Origin: the human T2T-CHM13v2.0 reference genome, Homo sapiens
Assembly (NCBI RefSeq): GCF_009914755.1
Contig: NC_060926.1
Direction: 5' to 3' (one strand)
DNA length: 64,000 nt
Shown: in pieces, positions 43,992 through 61,491 of the stretch
How positions within the stretch are numbered: position 1 is the stretch's first letter
Layout: each line of letters opens with the position of its first letter
The notes under the pieces: generated by a model
What the model was told of the DNA's origin: nothing
Databases searched by the model: none
Seen by the model: the letters and a program-made list of their open reading frames with translations, nothing else
Made by a program: the position numbers and the translations under genes

Positions 43992-45346
43992 TTAATATTG
44001 TATTTATAACAAGTGTTATCTCTGATTTTACAGGGCCATTTTTTACTTCAGAGAATGGTACGTTTTGACTTGGATGTGCAGCCTTCTCTAAACTATTTTG
44101 TAAAATGTTTCTTTGATTAGAAAAAGTATGTAAAAAGTTTTGGGGAGAGCATGCCATGAAAACTATTTTCTTTAAATTGTTATATGAGGAACTTTATTTC
44201 TGTGAAAATATTTGAATGAACATTGATCCTAATCTTCCTCCACCCTGAACCATTGAATGTTGCACTTTTGAACTTCAGCTTTTATATTAATAGAAATCTT
44301 AGAGCGTTTGTACATTTATTATCAGAGATGAACTTAAAACATAAGCAAATATGTGCATTGTTTCATGACAATATGAATACACACTATTGAAATTTCTATT
44401 TTGTCATTTACAAATAGCAAAATTATTGTTTAGGCTAAGAACAATTTTTCAATATGTCTTTAAAATAAAAATAGATACAAATAAGACATTGAAAAATCCC
44501 TTTCAGGGGAAAATTTACTAGGCACAAATTATTCTTACTTTGCACAAGCTACTTATTTGTAAGTGGAAATTTTGAGCCCTCTGAAACAGTATTTGAGTTG
44601 TCAACATTAAGAGAAGTGTGATTACCTATTGCTTTTGTTGTGAAGGTAAAGAAAGTCAGCTGTGTCTTGCTTTAACATGACCTTCACAGGGAGTATCAAG
44701 GGCAGTTTACCTTTTGCTAATTTCATATATTGCAAGCTGTGGGTAAGAGCTGACCAGCAAAATAAAATTGATTTTGGTGGCATTTAATTTACATAAATTC
44801 AATAACATTGTCCTTTAAAATAGACCATTTTGTTCAAAGAAACATTTTGAAAGTTACTGAGTCTTTAAAATAGTATTTTTGTGTGTATGTGAATGTGTTT
44901 GGCATGGTTGTGAAAAGGCCAAAGTGAAAGAGAAAAATGTAAAAGTCTGTTCACTAATATCCCACATTTTGGATGAAGGCAGGAGGACTAAGCAGCATCC
45001 CTAAATCTAGTAGAAGAGGAACATAGGTATCTATATATTAGGGAGATTATGAATAAAATTGTGACTTGTGTTTTAGAACAAGAATTTTACATGAATAGCA
45101 TTTGTTGCTGTTGATAATTATGTTTAAATAAATAATCCTTCTAAGTCATACTACACAGTGTAATATCATTTAGAAATTGAAGGGGTTGAGGTATATTAGG
45201 CCATCTAATGCCATTTATTTCATTGAATAGAAAAATAAAGTATGGAGAATTTAAGTGAATATCTTTAAATGTTTCATTTGAATCCAATGTGAAATGTTAG
45301 ATTTTATTGTTAATATATGATTACCATTGTAATTATTGAGCAGATA

Positions 45347-46005
45347 GTTGAGGCAGACTTTAAAAGTTTAAAACATGTTCTCAAATTCTTTGATTCTCTT
45401 TCCATCAAGAGTTGGGTGTCTATATAACTTCCCTTTGAATCTGAGAGACTTCTCAGTATGGGAGTGAAGTCCAGCAATCTATGTATCAACAGGCTTTCCA
45501 ACTGAATGCTGGAGAAATACTACAATCATACTTTAGTGTCTATTGTGTAGGATAAAGTAACACCCTGTAGCTTCTAAGGCGATGCCATACAAATTATTAC
45601 ATCTTCTACTGTAATGTCTTAGAATGTTTGCTGTTTGGACAATTTCTTTGGGATTTTTCTTTTGGAATCCAGCCACCCTCCTATAAGACCCTGATATATT
45701 CTGGGGTTACAGATAGGTGCTCCAGGAGCCAATCCTTGCTAAATTTAGCCTTTGAGTCTTCCTAGCTCATGCTCCAGACATGAAGAAGGCTTTAGATATT
45801 CCATTACCCAACTGTCCAAGTCATCACCAGCTGTTCAACTCTTCCCAGCTGAGGCCCTAGACATTATTAAGCAGAAATTAGACATCCCTGCTATGGAAAT
45901 CTCCAAATTCCTGTTTCAAAGAGTATTTGATAATATCAAACTAGTTTTTCTTTTATAACACTCATTTTGGGATGGTTTGTTTTATAGTGATGGATCTATG
46001 AAACA
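45347..46005 (+). mobile_element. MLT1 (G/H-like) MaLR LTR, probably with a nested MER5 fragment near 45455-45520
   Basis: caaattctttgattctctttccatcaagag...cttcccagctgaggccctagacatt...ttttgggatggtttgttttatag...aaca. Confidence 0.75.
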
Positions 46006-46375
46006 TTAGACAAAGAAATAATCATATTAATAAGTATAGCTTATAATTCTTGAGCATTCATTATGTATCATGACCTTAATAAAAATTATTTCACTTGGTC
46101 TATCATCACATTCAAAAAGATAACAGAAAGCCATAAATATTTAAATAAAACATCTGTATCTCAAAAAATTCACTATTTTTTTTCCTTTTAAATGTGTACA
46201 GCAACCACTCAGATTTGTGGTCCAGTTGCTGAGAGAGATAAATGAGAAAAATATGTATATAGATGCTTCCAGCTTAAGGAGAAAACTTAATGATTTCATG
46301 GAGTTATAGAACTAAGAAAAATAAAAATTTACTTAGTAGAAAAACATGCTTAGTAGACAATGTTAAAAGAGGTCG

Positions 46376-46795
46376 TGTGTTAGGCCATTCTTGCATTGCT
46401 ATAATACCTGAGGCTGGGTAATTTATAGAGAAAAGAGGTTGAATTGGCTCACAGGTCTTCAGACTTTATAGAAATCATGGTGCTGACATCTTCTTGGCTT
46501 CAGGTAGGGGCCTGAGGAAGCTTTCAATCATGGCACAAGGTGACAAAGGAGCCAACATGTCACATGGCAAGAGCAGGAGAAAGAGAGGGAGCGAGAAAAA
46601 GAGAAGGTGGCGGGTGTGGTCCCAGTGTTTTAAACAACCAGATCTTGCATAATTAACTAAGTAAGACCTCACTTCTCACCAAGGCAATGGTAATAAACCA
46701 GTCATGATGGATCTGTTCCATGAGGCAATCAGGCCTTACTGGGCTCCACCTTTTAGTAACTTTGGTAGTGAGAAATAAAATTTGGAAAAACAACA
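46376..46795 (-). mobile_element. MSTB-like MaLR LTR
   Basis: tgtgttaggccattcttgcattgctat...ctgggtaatttatagagaaaagaggtt...tttaaacaaccagatct. Confidence 0.88.
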
Positions 46796-47344
46796 ACAAC
46801 AATAATGTTTTTAGAAGAGAAATAATAATAAAAAAAAAAAACAGAAGGGACGCCAGACTCACATTTATGAAGAAATAGAAGAAGCCACATAAAGAGATAA
46901 ACAAAAATTGAACAAAAATATTTTCAATAAAATGAAGTCAAAATATATTTCCTATGAAATATATATAAGTAAAAATACTAGGATAATTTAAGTCATCTAG
47001 ATTAATTTAGATTTAGTATAGGAATCACTGAGAAGTGTTTTTTTTCAACTTCCCTATTCAATATCTAAGGCACCAAACTGGTAAAAGTCATCTGAAAGCG
47101 TGGAATATCATTTCAAGCAATCAAACTAAGTGCCAGTTTTACTAACTTTGGGGCCACTGGAACTGGACTGGAAAAAGAAATCTAAGTTCTCCCAAACCAA
47201 ACCCCTTGAAAACTTGTAAAACACTGAAAATGAATCATCAACTTATAGGTTAAATTTAGATTAAAAATGGATACATTCTCCCTTACTCTGAATAACACAG
47301 AATTAAAAGTAAAAACAGTATTGTATAATAATGCAAAAAGACAA

Positions 47345-47557
47345 TGTAGCTTAGGATTTCCATGAGTGGACTTAGAAAAAAAGAGTGCTTGGATCACAAG
47401 CCTTTGAGTAATGAGCATCTTCCTCCATGAACTAGGATATATGATGGTACCTGTATTTATATAATTTTTTTAATTATAAAATGAGATAAAGTATGTGAAG
47501 CACTTAGTACACTGTCAGACATGTATCAATACTCAGCAAATGACAGTCATTATTACT
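47345..47557 (+). mobile_element. MIR fragment
   Basis: aatgagataaagtatgtgaagcacttagtacactgtcagacatg...actcagcaaatgacagtcattatt matches the MIR 3' end. Confidence 0.65.
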
Positions 47558-48721
47558 AGTTACACGGATTGAGCAGGTACACTATCTTTCACCCCAAGGC
47601 TTTTTTCCATGCATTCCTTCATCCTAAAGTTTTGTGATAAAGGCATTATTTTTATGTCCACTTTACTGACAATTACATTTGTGTGTAGTGAACTTAAATA
47701 TATATCTATTGACAAGAAAATTAAGTTTAGTAAACTTAGATATGTATTTACTGACAAAGAAACTAAAGTATATAGTAAACTTAAATATACACCCCAAAGT
47801 TATACAGCTGGTATAGATATTTTTCCTACTAAGAGGGAAATATTTAGAGATTTGTCTGAAAGGTAAGAAAATTAATTTCTTCCCATTTAGTTGAGAAACT
47901 AAAAAAAAAACTTTGCGATTTTATCTGTGCTAATTTTAGCCATATACTGAAGATTAATACTATTACACATTTTTTTAAAGTGTAAAAATTTTAAAACTTT
48001 AAAATCATTTAACAAAATAATGGATATTTATTGATGTATGGATCAGTAAAAATAACTGTTTATTGTTTGAAACCATTTAGGTTTCCATTATTGATAATCG
48101 TAATTCATTATTAACAGCTTACTATGTTGCATTGTAATAGCATGTTGTTCTTATTTTAAATATTAATAGAAAAAGCAGATTTAATTGACTTTGAATGGAT
48201 TTTCATATTCTTAATACAATGAAGCTATGTTTTACTTTCAAAAGTTTTTTCAGTTCTTAAAATTTTTTTATCATTGTGAGATATTTCATTTACTTATTGT
48301 AAGTAAGCCAAATTCATGGTGTATTCATTAAAAACAATTATATCATTTAAAATATTTATTTTATGACATTAACTTATTTTCAATGTATTGCCTAATTTTA
48401 GTATTGTTTTTAGTATACTTTAAAGAGAGTTTATGTACCACTTTTTTTGGATATAAAATAAATTTTAAAAAAGAATGCTATGGCTACCTTTGCCTGGTGT
48501 GAAAAAAATACTATTATAATGGTTTTCTTATTGGATTTTCCCAATAATAAGGCTTAATTTGAATATTCTAGCTCCATTGATAAACATTAGATGTGTTCTC
48601 ATTAAATTTTCCGCTGCGTTGACAGTTTATTTTCTGAAAGTGATTGTTTGCAGAAATACCAGTATTAGAAAGAAGAGGATAAAACTGACTTTGTTTGCTT
48701 TATGAAACACTAATACACAAA

Positions 48722-49010
48722 GCAGAGTGGGGAGTGGGAGATGTTGACCAAATACACAAAATTCCAGTTAAACAGTAGTAAGTTCATGAGATTTAATGTG
48801 CATCATAGTAACTGTGTTTAATAACAATATATTGTATATTTGAAAATAGCCAATAGAGTAGCTTTTAAGTGTTTTCACCACAAGAAAATAACAAGTGTGT
48901 GAAACAACGCATATATTAAATAGCTTGATTTAGATATTCAACAATATATACATGTATAAAAAATCATTCTGTACACTATAAATATTTACAATTTTAATTC
49001 TTAATTAAAA
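48722..49010 (+). mobile_element. L1MA (MA8-like) 3' end
   Basis: gagatgttgaccaaatacacaaaattccagtta...gcttttaagtgttttcaccacaa...tagcttgatttag. Confidence 0.8.
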
Positions 49011-49079
49011 TATCTCAACATACAGAATGCTCAAAATAGTTAACAAAACATTTATTCATAAGGATCACATTAAAATTAT

Positions 49080-50526
<1,447 letters not shown>

Positions 50527-50600
50527 TGCTATAGCTTCAATGTGTCCCCAAAAGTTCATGTGTTGGAAATTTAATCCCCAATGCAACAGTGTTGAGAAGC
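50527..50600 (+). mobile_element. MST/MLT1A-type LTR 5' fragment
   Basis: tgctatagcttcaatgtgtccccaaaagttcatgtgttggaaatttaatccccaatgcaacagtgttgaga. Confidence 0.75.
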
Positions 50601-50619
50601 AGCCTGGCTTAGACTATGA

Positions 50620-51460
50620 GTAGAGGAAGGTGTTGTAAGTGATCTTCAACTAATTGAACCTTAGTATGAAGATTTTAAGAAACAGTTATATGTGACAAAA
50701 TAAAATCTTTGTCTTCTTATTGACAGGTGGAGAGAAAAACTCTATGTCCAATTAAGATCACAGGAGAGAAATGGCAGGAGGTAGCTGTGAATATGCAGAA
50801 AAGTAGATTATTCAAGATATATTTGTTCTTAATGAGTGTTTAAAAGAAATGCAGACAAGTTAGGAGACAAGCTTAACTTACAGGTTTCTGGCTTGTGTAA
50901 ATAGATATGGCTTTAAATAAATAACACTTTAGAGGAAAATGACAGTCCAGATTTGAACATGTTGAATTTGAAACGTTTCTAAAACATCCAAAAGGAGAGG
51001 AAAAGTAGTCAGGCAAACATGTGGGACTATTATGGAGATAAAGGTGTGTGCATTCACAGCTCATAGCTGAGAATTAAAGCCATTACAGCATATTGGTTTG
51101 CCAGATTTAATGTATAATGTGAGGGGAGACAAGAGCTTAGAATAAATAACAAGAGACATTACCATTTTTGTAGAGTTGATATAAGAAAAACATGTAAAGA
51201 AGACTGAAGACCAGACAAAGTGGTGCTAGGAAAACCAGGAAAGTGAGGAAAATTTGAACAATGGAAATAATGGGCTCAAATAACATCCAAAATGTTGCCA
51301 AGAATCAAATGGCAGAGTCTGTTAATGCCAAAAGCTAAGGCCTTATAGGAGTAGATAAATAAATCAGTGGGTAGTGATCTGGAAGTAGGAGAGTAACTGT
51401 CAAAGAGAGAATGGCTAAAAAAGAGTTGGATGGGAAGAGGAGAAATTGAGAGAAATATTT
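50620..51460 (-). mobile_element. L2 fragment
   Basis: caggtttctggcttgtgtaa...tttgaacatgttgaatttgaaacgtttctaaaacatccaa...aggaaaaccagga. Confidence 0.7.
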
Positions 51461-53302
51461 TATTAATTTATAAATATAAAACAGAAATTCAGATTTCTGA
51501 TTAGTGGGGAAACGAGTGAATGATAGGGTTGAGAACTCAAGAGTGAATTTTAGCAAGCAGAGATATAACAGGCACTGGCAACTTTTGGCAATTCTTGCTA
51601 CATTATTTTTGGCATAACACAATGCGATGCATATGCAATTACTGCATTGTCTTTCCTATTCCTAGCAAAAGAAAACCTTGTAAATTTTAGTGTCATGTTT
51701 ATCAAGTGTCATTATGAACTAGCAGAGTGGTTATTGTTATTTTTGTTTTTCTTATTTTTATTTTGGAGAGGGTCTCTTAAGCTTGAACGGTTTCATGACA
51801 CAAGTGTAAAAAATAACTTTAGTCTTGTGAATGTTCTTAAAAGATCATATTCACTACCATGAGCTGGAGGAAATTTGTTTTGGTCAAACTTACTTAACAT
51901 TTTGAGTAAAGTTTGCTAATCATTGAATATGTTATAATACACTTTCAAATATTCTTTATTTCTCTGGGACATTTCAAAGACAAGGGACTTTGGTTTGGAA
52001 TTATAATTGTCATCGGACCTTTTCATGGTTCTTCTATTGTCAAGGATTTACAATAGAATATTACATTTTATAATGTTCTGATGAAAAAGTAAGACAAATT
52101 TAATTAAGAGAAGAGGCTAAACAAACTTTTAAGTAACTTTAGGTAACAAATGTCACAGCTATTGAGTGAGGTGGGAAAAGAAAGAACCCTGTAATATGAG
52201 TTTAAATAACACCTCTCAGGGTACTTCATTGATGTCTCTCTTATTCACTTAAATCAAGATTTGTACAATTGTTTATGCACTTACTTTCAAAATAAAAGGC
52301 ATGCCGCTTTCTATTGTCATAGAAGAATTCAATTTACACTGTAGATCTTCTTAACAAAATAAAACAACTTTAACAAAAGAGAGCCCCTCTAGAGTGGCTG
52401 ACCACTCTAACAATTTTTTGAAAGTTGTTCTTTGTGGTTATGCTTTCTGGGACATGAATTCCCTGCAAAATATTAAATTCTTACTTCCAAACTTGTCTAT
52501 TTTTATAAACAATAACCACTGTCTAATCTCTGATATTTTACCATGTAATGTTGAAATTCCCCCCAAAATAGAAGGCATTGAGTATTTGCCACTCAGGAAC
52601 ATCTTTAGAGAAGAACTGAGCCACATTCTCAAAGACATTCTGATTGTTATCATGTGTTAAGAAGTTAGAAAACTATTTCTATTTCAATGTTTTTGTAGGG
52701 CACATAAGAAGTTTTGAAAGTTTTTTTGTAAAAAAAGTACATGTGTATTCTTAATTATACAGTGAGTACACAAATTTGAAGTCTTTGTTCAAAACTTTAG
52801 AAAACATAAAAAAGTCACACCAAGTGGTGCTTATTCCACTATTATCTCCAATCACTGATATATTACTTTCACTGAAACTTTTCAATACACAATATGAACT
52901 CATTAGTCCAATCAAATTGCATTTTTAATTGCTTTTGATTTCAGAATGGCCCAGGTATAATAATAAAGAAGGAAAAGCAAATAATGAAAAAATTGACTCA
53001 TAAATGAATCTAGATGATGATAAAATCAACCATTTTTCTTTCAGGGAAATTTTTAGATATTTCACAAGAGATATTTCATAATGATGGGACTAATGTCTCT
53101 GAAAAAAATTTGAAATTACTCACTTAAAATCCAAGCTTTGAGTTAAATCTAATGACCAGGTTAATGGTGTCATTAAGAACTGTAAGATGTATTGCATTAT
53201 CCAGCAAACTACTCATTATACTCTTCCAACAAACATACTTTTCTAGGGATTGTGATGAACGTTTTTTTCGGTAAGAACTAATCACATTTTTAATGTATTT
53301 GC

Positions 53303-54611
<1,309 letters not shown>

Positions 54612-55652
54612 GAGGCAGAGCAAGATGACTGACTAGAAGCCTCCACTGATCACCTTTTTCATAGGAACACCAAATTAAACAACTATTCACACAAAAAAAG
54701 CACTTTTACAGTAGCCTAAAATTAAGTCAGAGATCACAGTGCCTGGTTTTAACTTCATATCACTGAAAGGGGCATTGAACAGGGTAAAAAAGACAGTTTT
54801 GAATTGCCAAGGCCAATCCCCCCCATCCTCCAGCAGTGGCCATATGGTGATGAGAGAGAATTTGTGTACTGGAGGAGGGAGAGTACAGTGATTCTGGGAC
54901 TTTGCACTGGGACTCAATGCTGCCCTGTCACAGTGGAAATCAACACCAGGAAGAACTTAGCCAGTGCCCACAGTGGAAGTGTATAGACCAGCCCTGGCCA
55001 AGAGGAATCAGCTATCCCAGTGGTCAGAGCTTGAGTTCCAGCAAGCCCCACCATCATTGGCTAAAGAGCTTTAGGAGTCTAAATAAACTTGAAAGGCAGT
55101 CACGGCCACAAGGACTGCAGTTCCTGGACAAGTCCTGGTGCTGTTCTGGGCTTGGAGCCAGCGGACCCGGGTGGGGCACATGACCTAGAGAGACACCAGC
55201 TGGGGTGGCCAAGGGAGTGCCTTCATCATCCCTCCCCAACCTCAAGGAGTACAACTTGCAGCTACAAAAGAGAGTCCTTACTTCTGCTTGAGGAGAGGAG
55301 AGGCAAGAGTAAAGAAGCCTTTGTCTTGCAACTTGGATACCAGTTCAGCCACAGGAGAAGGGGGCACCAGACTGTGCCCTGGGGCCCTATTCCAGGTCAC
55401 AGCTCCCAGATGACATTTCTGGACATACTCAGGTCCTGAAGGGAAACCTGTGTCTTGAAGGGAAGGACCAAGTCCTGGAAAAATTGATCACCTGCTGACT
55501 AAAAAGCCCTTGGGCCCTGAATAATCGGCAGTGGTAGCCAGGCAATACTCACCATGAACCTTGGGTCAAACTCAGAGATGTACTGGCTTCAGGTGTGACC
55601 CAGAACATTTCCACCTCCAATGGCTACAGGGAGAAACTGTTTCCTCTTGAGT

Positions 55653-55808
55653 AAAGAAGAGGGAAGAGTAAAGGGGACTCTGTCTTGCAGTTTAGATACC
55701 AGCTCAATCACAGAAGGATAGATCAGTAAGAAAGGAGAAGGAAGAGTAAAGGGGACTTTGTCTTGTAGTTTAGATACCAGCTCAACCACAGAAGGGTAGA
55801 TCAGTAAG
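55653..55808 (+). repeat. 78-bp tandem duplication inside the L1 5' UTR
   Basis: ggaagagtaaaggggact...tttagataccagctcaa...tagatcagtaag occurs twice; it appears as a 26-aa repeat in ORF 55589-55855. Confidence 0.9.
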
Positions 55809-56707
55809 CAAGCTCTTGGCATCCCTGATTCCAGGATTTGGCTCTTGGATGGCATTTCTAGATCTGCCCTGGGCCAGACGGGAGTTCACTGACCTAAAGA
55901 GAGAGTCCCAAGCCTGGAAACATTCACCAAAAGCTGACTGAAGTGCCCTTGGGCCTTTAGTAAATATTACAGGTAGCCAGCAATACTTGCCATGGGCCTG
56001 TTGTGGTGGAGGTCATGGGGAGAGGCTCCTCTGCTTGTGAAAAGGGGAGGAAAGAGTGGAAGAGACTTTGTCTTTAGACTTGGGTGCCAGGTGAACTGCA
56101 GTAGAAATAGACCACCAAGTAGATTCCTGAGGTTTCAGACTCCAGGCACTGGCTCTAGGATGGCATCTCAGTGTTGGGGGTAAATTGCTGCTCTGAAGGG
56201 AAGGACACTAGCTAAGCTGGCTTCACCTTCTTCTGATTGTAGTGCCCTACAGCCTTGAGAAAACATAGGCAGTGGCCAGCCAGTGACTACTGTGGGCCTT
56301 GGGAGAGACCCAGTGTTGTGCTGGCTGCAGGTCTGTCTCAGAAGTCCCAGTGCTAGTGACCTCAAGGGTGCTTGTTTACCCCTCCTCCAGCACCAAACAG
56401 CTCAGAACAGAGACACATTCCATTTGTTTCAGAGAAAGTAAGGAAAGCAAATGAGAGTTATCTGCATGGAAAACCAGATAATTCTTGCAGATCTTATCCA
56501 AGACCACCAAGGCAGTACCACTACAAGTCTGAAAGAGCCACAGTGTTACTGGGCCTAAGAAGCTCCCTATTATAGAGATAGCTGCAGTGACCAAAAACTT
56601 AGGTCACAGCACCCACGTCTTTTTAAATACCTGCAAAGCCTTCCCCAGGAGGACAACAAGCCCAAACTGTTAGGACTACAATAAATACCTAACTCTTCAA
56701 TGCTCAG

Positions 56708-57665
56708 ATGCCAGTGAACATCTACATGCATCAAGGCATCCAGGAAAACATGAATTTACCAAATGAAATAAATAAGGTACTAGTGATCAATCCTAGAGAG
56801 ACAGAAATAAGTGACCTTTCAGACAGAGAATGCAAAATTGTTGTTTTGAGAAAACTCAATGAAATTCAAGATAACAAAGAGAAGGAATTCACGATCCTAT
56901 CACAAACGTTTAAGAAAGAGATTCAAATAAATAAAAAGAATCAAGCAGAAATTCTGGAGTTGATAAGTGCAATTGACATACTAAAGAATGCATCAGAGTC
57001 TCTTATCAGAAAAATTGATAGAGCAGAAGAAAGAATTATTGAGCATGAAGACAGGCCATTTGAAAATACACAGTCACAAAAGACAAAAAATTATGGACTA
57101 TGAAAGAATAAAGCATGCCTACAAGATCTAGAAAATAGCCTCAAAAGGGCAAATCTAATGGTTATTGGACTTAAAGAGGAGATAGAGGGAGAGAGAAAGA
57201 AAGTTTAATTAAAGGGATAATAACAGAGAACTTTGAAACCTAGAAAAAGATATCAATAACCAAGAACAAGAAGGTTACAGAAAACTAAGAAGATTAACCC
57301 AAATAAGACTATCTCAAGATGTAGTCAAACACTCAAAGGTCAAGGATAAAGAAAGAATTGTATAAGCAGCAAGAGAAAATGAACAAATAACATACAATGG
57401 AACTCCAATTATGTCTGGCAGCAGACTTTCAGTGTAAACCATATAGGCTGTCAGAGAGTGGCATGACATATTTAAAGGCCGAAGGGGAAAAAAAAACATT
57501 TATTCTAGAATAATGTATCTGGCAAAAAAAATGTCCTTCAAACTTGATGGAGAAATAAAGACTTTCTCAGACAAACAATAGCTGACGGATTTTATCAGCA
57601 CTAGACCTGTCCTACAAGAAATGGTGAAGGTGCTTCTTCAGTTTGAAATAGAAAGATGTTAATGA
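56708..57665 (+). pseudogene. Decayed L1 ORF1p
   Basis: ORF 56708-57103 (DLSDRECKIVVLRKLNEIQ...NQAEILEL...RKIDRAEERIIEHED) is the L1 ORF1 coiled coil; stops and frameshifts follow. Confidence 0.9.
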
Positions 57666-58163
57666 GCAATAAGAAATCATCTGAAGGTACAAACTCACTG
57701 GTGATAGTGAGTAGACAGAAAAATAGAATATTTTAATACTATGATTACCATGTAATCTACTTATATTTTGAGTATGAAGACTAAAAGATGAGCATATCAA
57801 AAATAATAACTACAACAACATTAAAAGTCAGAGACAGTACATAAGATACAAATAGAGACAATAAAAAAATTTAAAAGCTGGGGAATAAATTGTAGGGTTT
57901 TGGTAAGCATACTCCTTGCATGTTTGTTGGTTTGTTTGTGTATGCAGTGTTAAATTGTTATCAGTTTGAAATAATGGGTTTTAAGGTATTATTTGTAAGG
58001 CTTATGCTTTTCTCAAGTAAAAAAAATACAAGAGATTACACACACACAAAAAGCAAGAAATTAAAACAAAGCACTAGAGAAAATTACTTTCACTAAAAGA
58101 AAGACAGGAAGGAAGGAAAGAAGTAAGAGAAGATCACAAAACAACCAGAAATCAAACAACAAA

Positions 58164-61100
58164 ATGGAAAGAGTAAGTCTCCTTATTAATGCTGGCATTG
58201 AATGTAAAGGGACTATACTCTTCAATCAAATGATACAGAATGGCTGATTGGAGAAAAAATAATAATAATAATTACATGATTCAAGGATCTGTTGCCTACA
58301 AGAAGCAAATGTTACCTATAAAGATCTGCATAGGCTGAAAATAATGGGATGGAAAAAGGTATTTCATGCAAAGAAAACTAAAAGGAGCAGGAGTAGCTAT
58401 ATTCATATAAGACAAAATAGATTTCAAAATTAGAAGTATAAAAAGGGACAAAGAAGACCATTATATAATGATAAAAGGGAAAATTCAGCAAGAGTTTATG
58501 ACAATTGTAAATATGTATGCTCCCCAACACTGGAACACACAGATATATTAAACAAATATTACTAGAGCTAAAGAGAGAGGTAGACTCCAATACAATAATA
58601 ACTGGAGACATCAACACCCCACTTTCAGCATTAGATAGATTGTCCAGATAGAAAATCCACAAAGAAACAAGTTTTCTTCTGCACTATTGACCAAATGGAC
58701 TTAATAGATATTTACAGAATATTTCATTCAACTGCTGCAGAAAACACATTTTACTCCTTAGCACTTGGATCATTCTCAAAGATTGACCATATGTTAGACC
58801 ACAAAACAAGTCTTAAAACATTTAAAAAATTGAAGTAATATCAAATATCTTTGACCACAATGAAATAAACAGATCAATATCAAGATAAATTTGGAAAACT
58901 ATACAAACACATAGAAATTAAACAAAATGCTATGAATGATCAGTGGGTTAATGAAGGAATTATGAAGGAAATTTTGAAATGTCTTAAAACAATGATAAAG
59001 AAAAAAAAACTACCCAAAACTATAGAATACAGTGAAAGCAATACTAAGAGGACAGTTTACTGCTTTAACACCTATTTCAAAAAACGAGAAAAACTTCAAA
59101 TAAACAACCTAATGATGCATCTTATAGAATTAGTAAAGCAAGAGGAAACAAAATCCAAAATTAGTAAAAGAAAAGAAGTAATAAAGATTAAAGCAGAAAT
59201 AAATAAAATTGAAATGAAGAAAACAATACGAAAGATCAATGAAAGTAAAAGATAAAAAATAGACAAAACTTTAGCCAGAATATCTAAGAAAAAAGAGAGA
59301 AGACCCAAATAAATAAAATCAGAGATGAAAAAGGAGACATTACAGTTAATGCTGCAGAAATTAAAAGGATCATTAGTGGCTACTTTGAGCAACTATATTC
59401 TATGAATTGGAAAACGTAGAAGAAATGGATAAATTTTTAGATACATACAACCTACCAAAGTTGAACCATGAAGAAATCCAAAACCTGAACAGGCCAATCA
59501 TAAGTAACTAGATTGAATCTGTAATAAAATGTCTCCTAGCATAGAAAAACCTGGAACCTGGTGGCTTGACCATTGAATTTTACTAAACATTCAATTAAAA
59601 ACCAATACCGTTTCTACCCAAACTATTCCAAAAATAGAGGAGAGAATACTTCCAAACCCACTCTATGAGGCTAGTGTTATACTGATACCTAAACTAAACC
59701 AGAAAAAGGCACATCAAAAAATCCACAAAACTACAGGAAATTAAATATTATTGATGAACATTGATGCAAAAACCCTCAACAAAATACAGTAGTGGAAACC
59801 AAATTCAACAACACATAAAAAGGTAATTCATCATGAGATTTATCCTGGGAATGCAAGAATGCTTCAACACCTGCAAATCAATCAATGCTATACATCATAT
59901 GAACAGAATGAAGTACAAAAATTATACGATCATTTTAATTGATGCTGGAAAAGCATTTGATAAAATTTAGAATTTCCTCATGATAAAAACCTTAAGAAAA
60001 CTTAGTATAGAAGGAACATACCTCAACGCAAGGAAATCCTGTATGACAAACCCATCGTTAGTTTCATACTGAATGAAGAAAAACTGAAAGGCTTTCCTCT
60101 CAGATCTGGAGCATGGCAAGGATGCCCCCTTTCACAACTGTTATTCAGAATATTACTGGAAGTCCTAACTAAAACAATCAGACAAGAGACAGAAATAAAG
60201 GACATCCAATTGGAAAAGAAGAAGTCAAATTAACATTTGCAGATGATCTTACCTCATCTTTGGAAAAAGCTAAAGACTCCACCAAAAAACTATTAGAACT
60301 GATAAACAAATTCAGTAAAGTAGTAGGATACAAAACCAACTTACAAAAATTAGTAGTATTTCTATATGCCAACAGTAAAAAATCTGAAAAAGAAATTTAA
60401 AAATAATCCAATTTATAATAGCTACAAATAAAACTCAACACCAAGGAATTAACCAAAGAAGTGAAAAGTCTCTACAATGACAACCATAAATATTGTTGCA
60501 AGTAATTGAAGAGGACACAAAAAATGAAAAGATATTCTATGTTCATGGGTTGGAAGAATTAATATTGGTAAAATGTTTATGCTACCAAAGCAATCTACAG
60601 ATTCGATACAAACTCTATCAAAACATCAGTGACATTCATCCCAGAAATAGAAAAAAAATTCTAAACTTTATATGTCACCACGAAAAGATAGACAAACTAT
60701 CCTGAGCAAAAGAACAAAACTGGAGGAATCACATTACCTGACTTCAAATTATACTACAGAGCTATAGTAACTGAAACATCACACAGCAGTGGCATAAAAA
60801 CGTACACATCAACAAATGGAACAGAATAGAGAACCCAGAATCAAATTCATGCATCTACAATAAACTCATTTTTTACAATGGTGCCAAAAAACATATATCG
60901 GGGAAAGGATAGTCTTTTCAATAAATGGTGCTGGGGAAACTGGAAATCCATGTCCAGAAGAATGAAGCTAGACCTCTACTAATTGCCATATACAAAAATC
61001 AAATCAAAATGAATTAAATATTTAAATACAAGACCTCAAACTATGAAACTACTAAGAGGAAAGCATCAGGGAAACTGTCCAGGAAACGGAACTGGTCAAA

Positions 61101-61460
61101 GATTTCTTGAGTGATAAGCCACAAGCATATTGGACAAATGGGATCACATCAATTTAAAAAGCTTCTGGGCTGGGTCCAGTGGCTCACGCCTGTAATCCCA
61201 ACACTTCGGGAGGCCAGGGCAGGTGGATCACCTGAGTCAGGAGTTCGAGACCAGCCTGGCCAACATGATGAAACCCTGTCTCTACTTAAAAAAGAAAAAA
61301 AAAATACAAAAATTAGTCAGGCATTGTGGTGGTCACCTGTAATCCCGCTACTTAGGAGGCTGAGGCAGGAGAATCACTTGAACCCGTGAGGCGGAGGTTG
61401 CAGTGAACCAAGATCACACCATTGAACTCCAGCCTGGGCTACAAGAGTGAAATTCGTCTC

Positions 61461-61491
<31 letters not shown>

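Noticed and set aside
55280-56200. Three ~350-bp related blocks as a novel repeat
   Set aside because: They look like the internal subrepeats usual for this type of L1 5' UTR. Only the 78-bp tandem copy appears locus-specific.
56708-57103. 131-aa coiled-coil ORF as a functional gene (L1TD1-like)
   Set aside because: It is a fragment of L1 ORF1 in its normal position within a decayed L1, with disablements immediately downstream.
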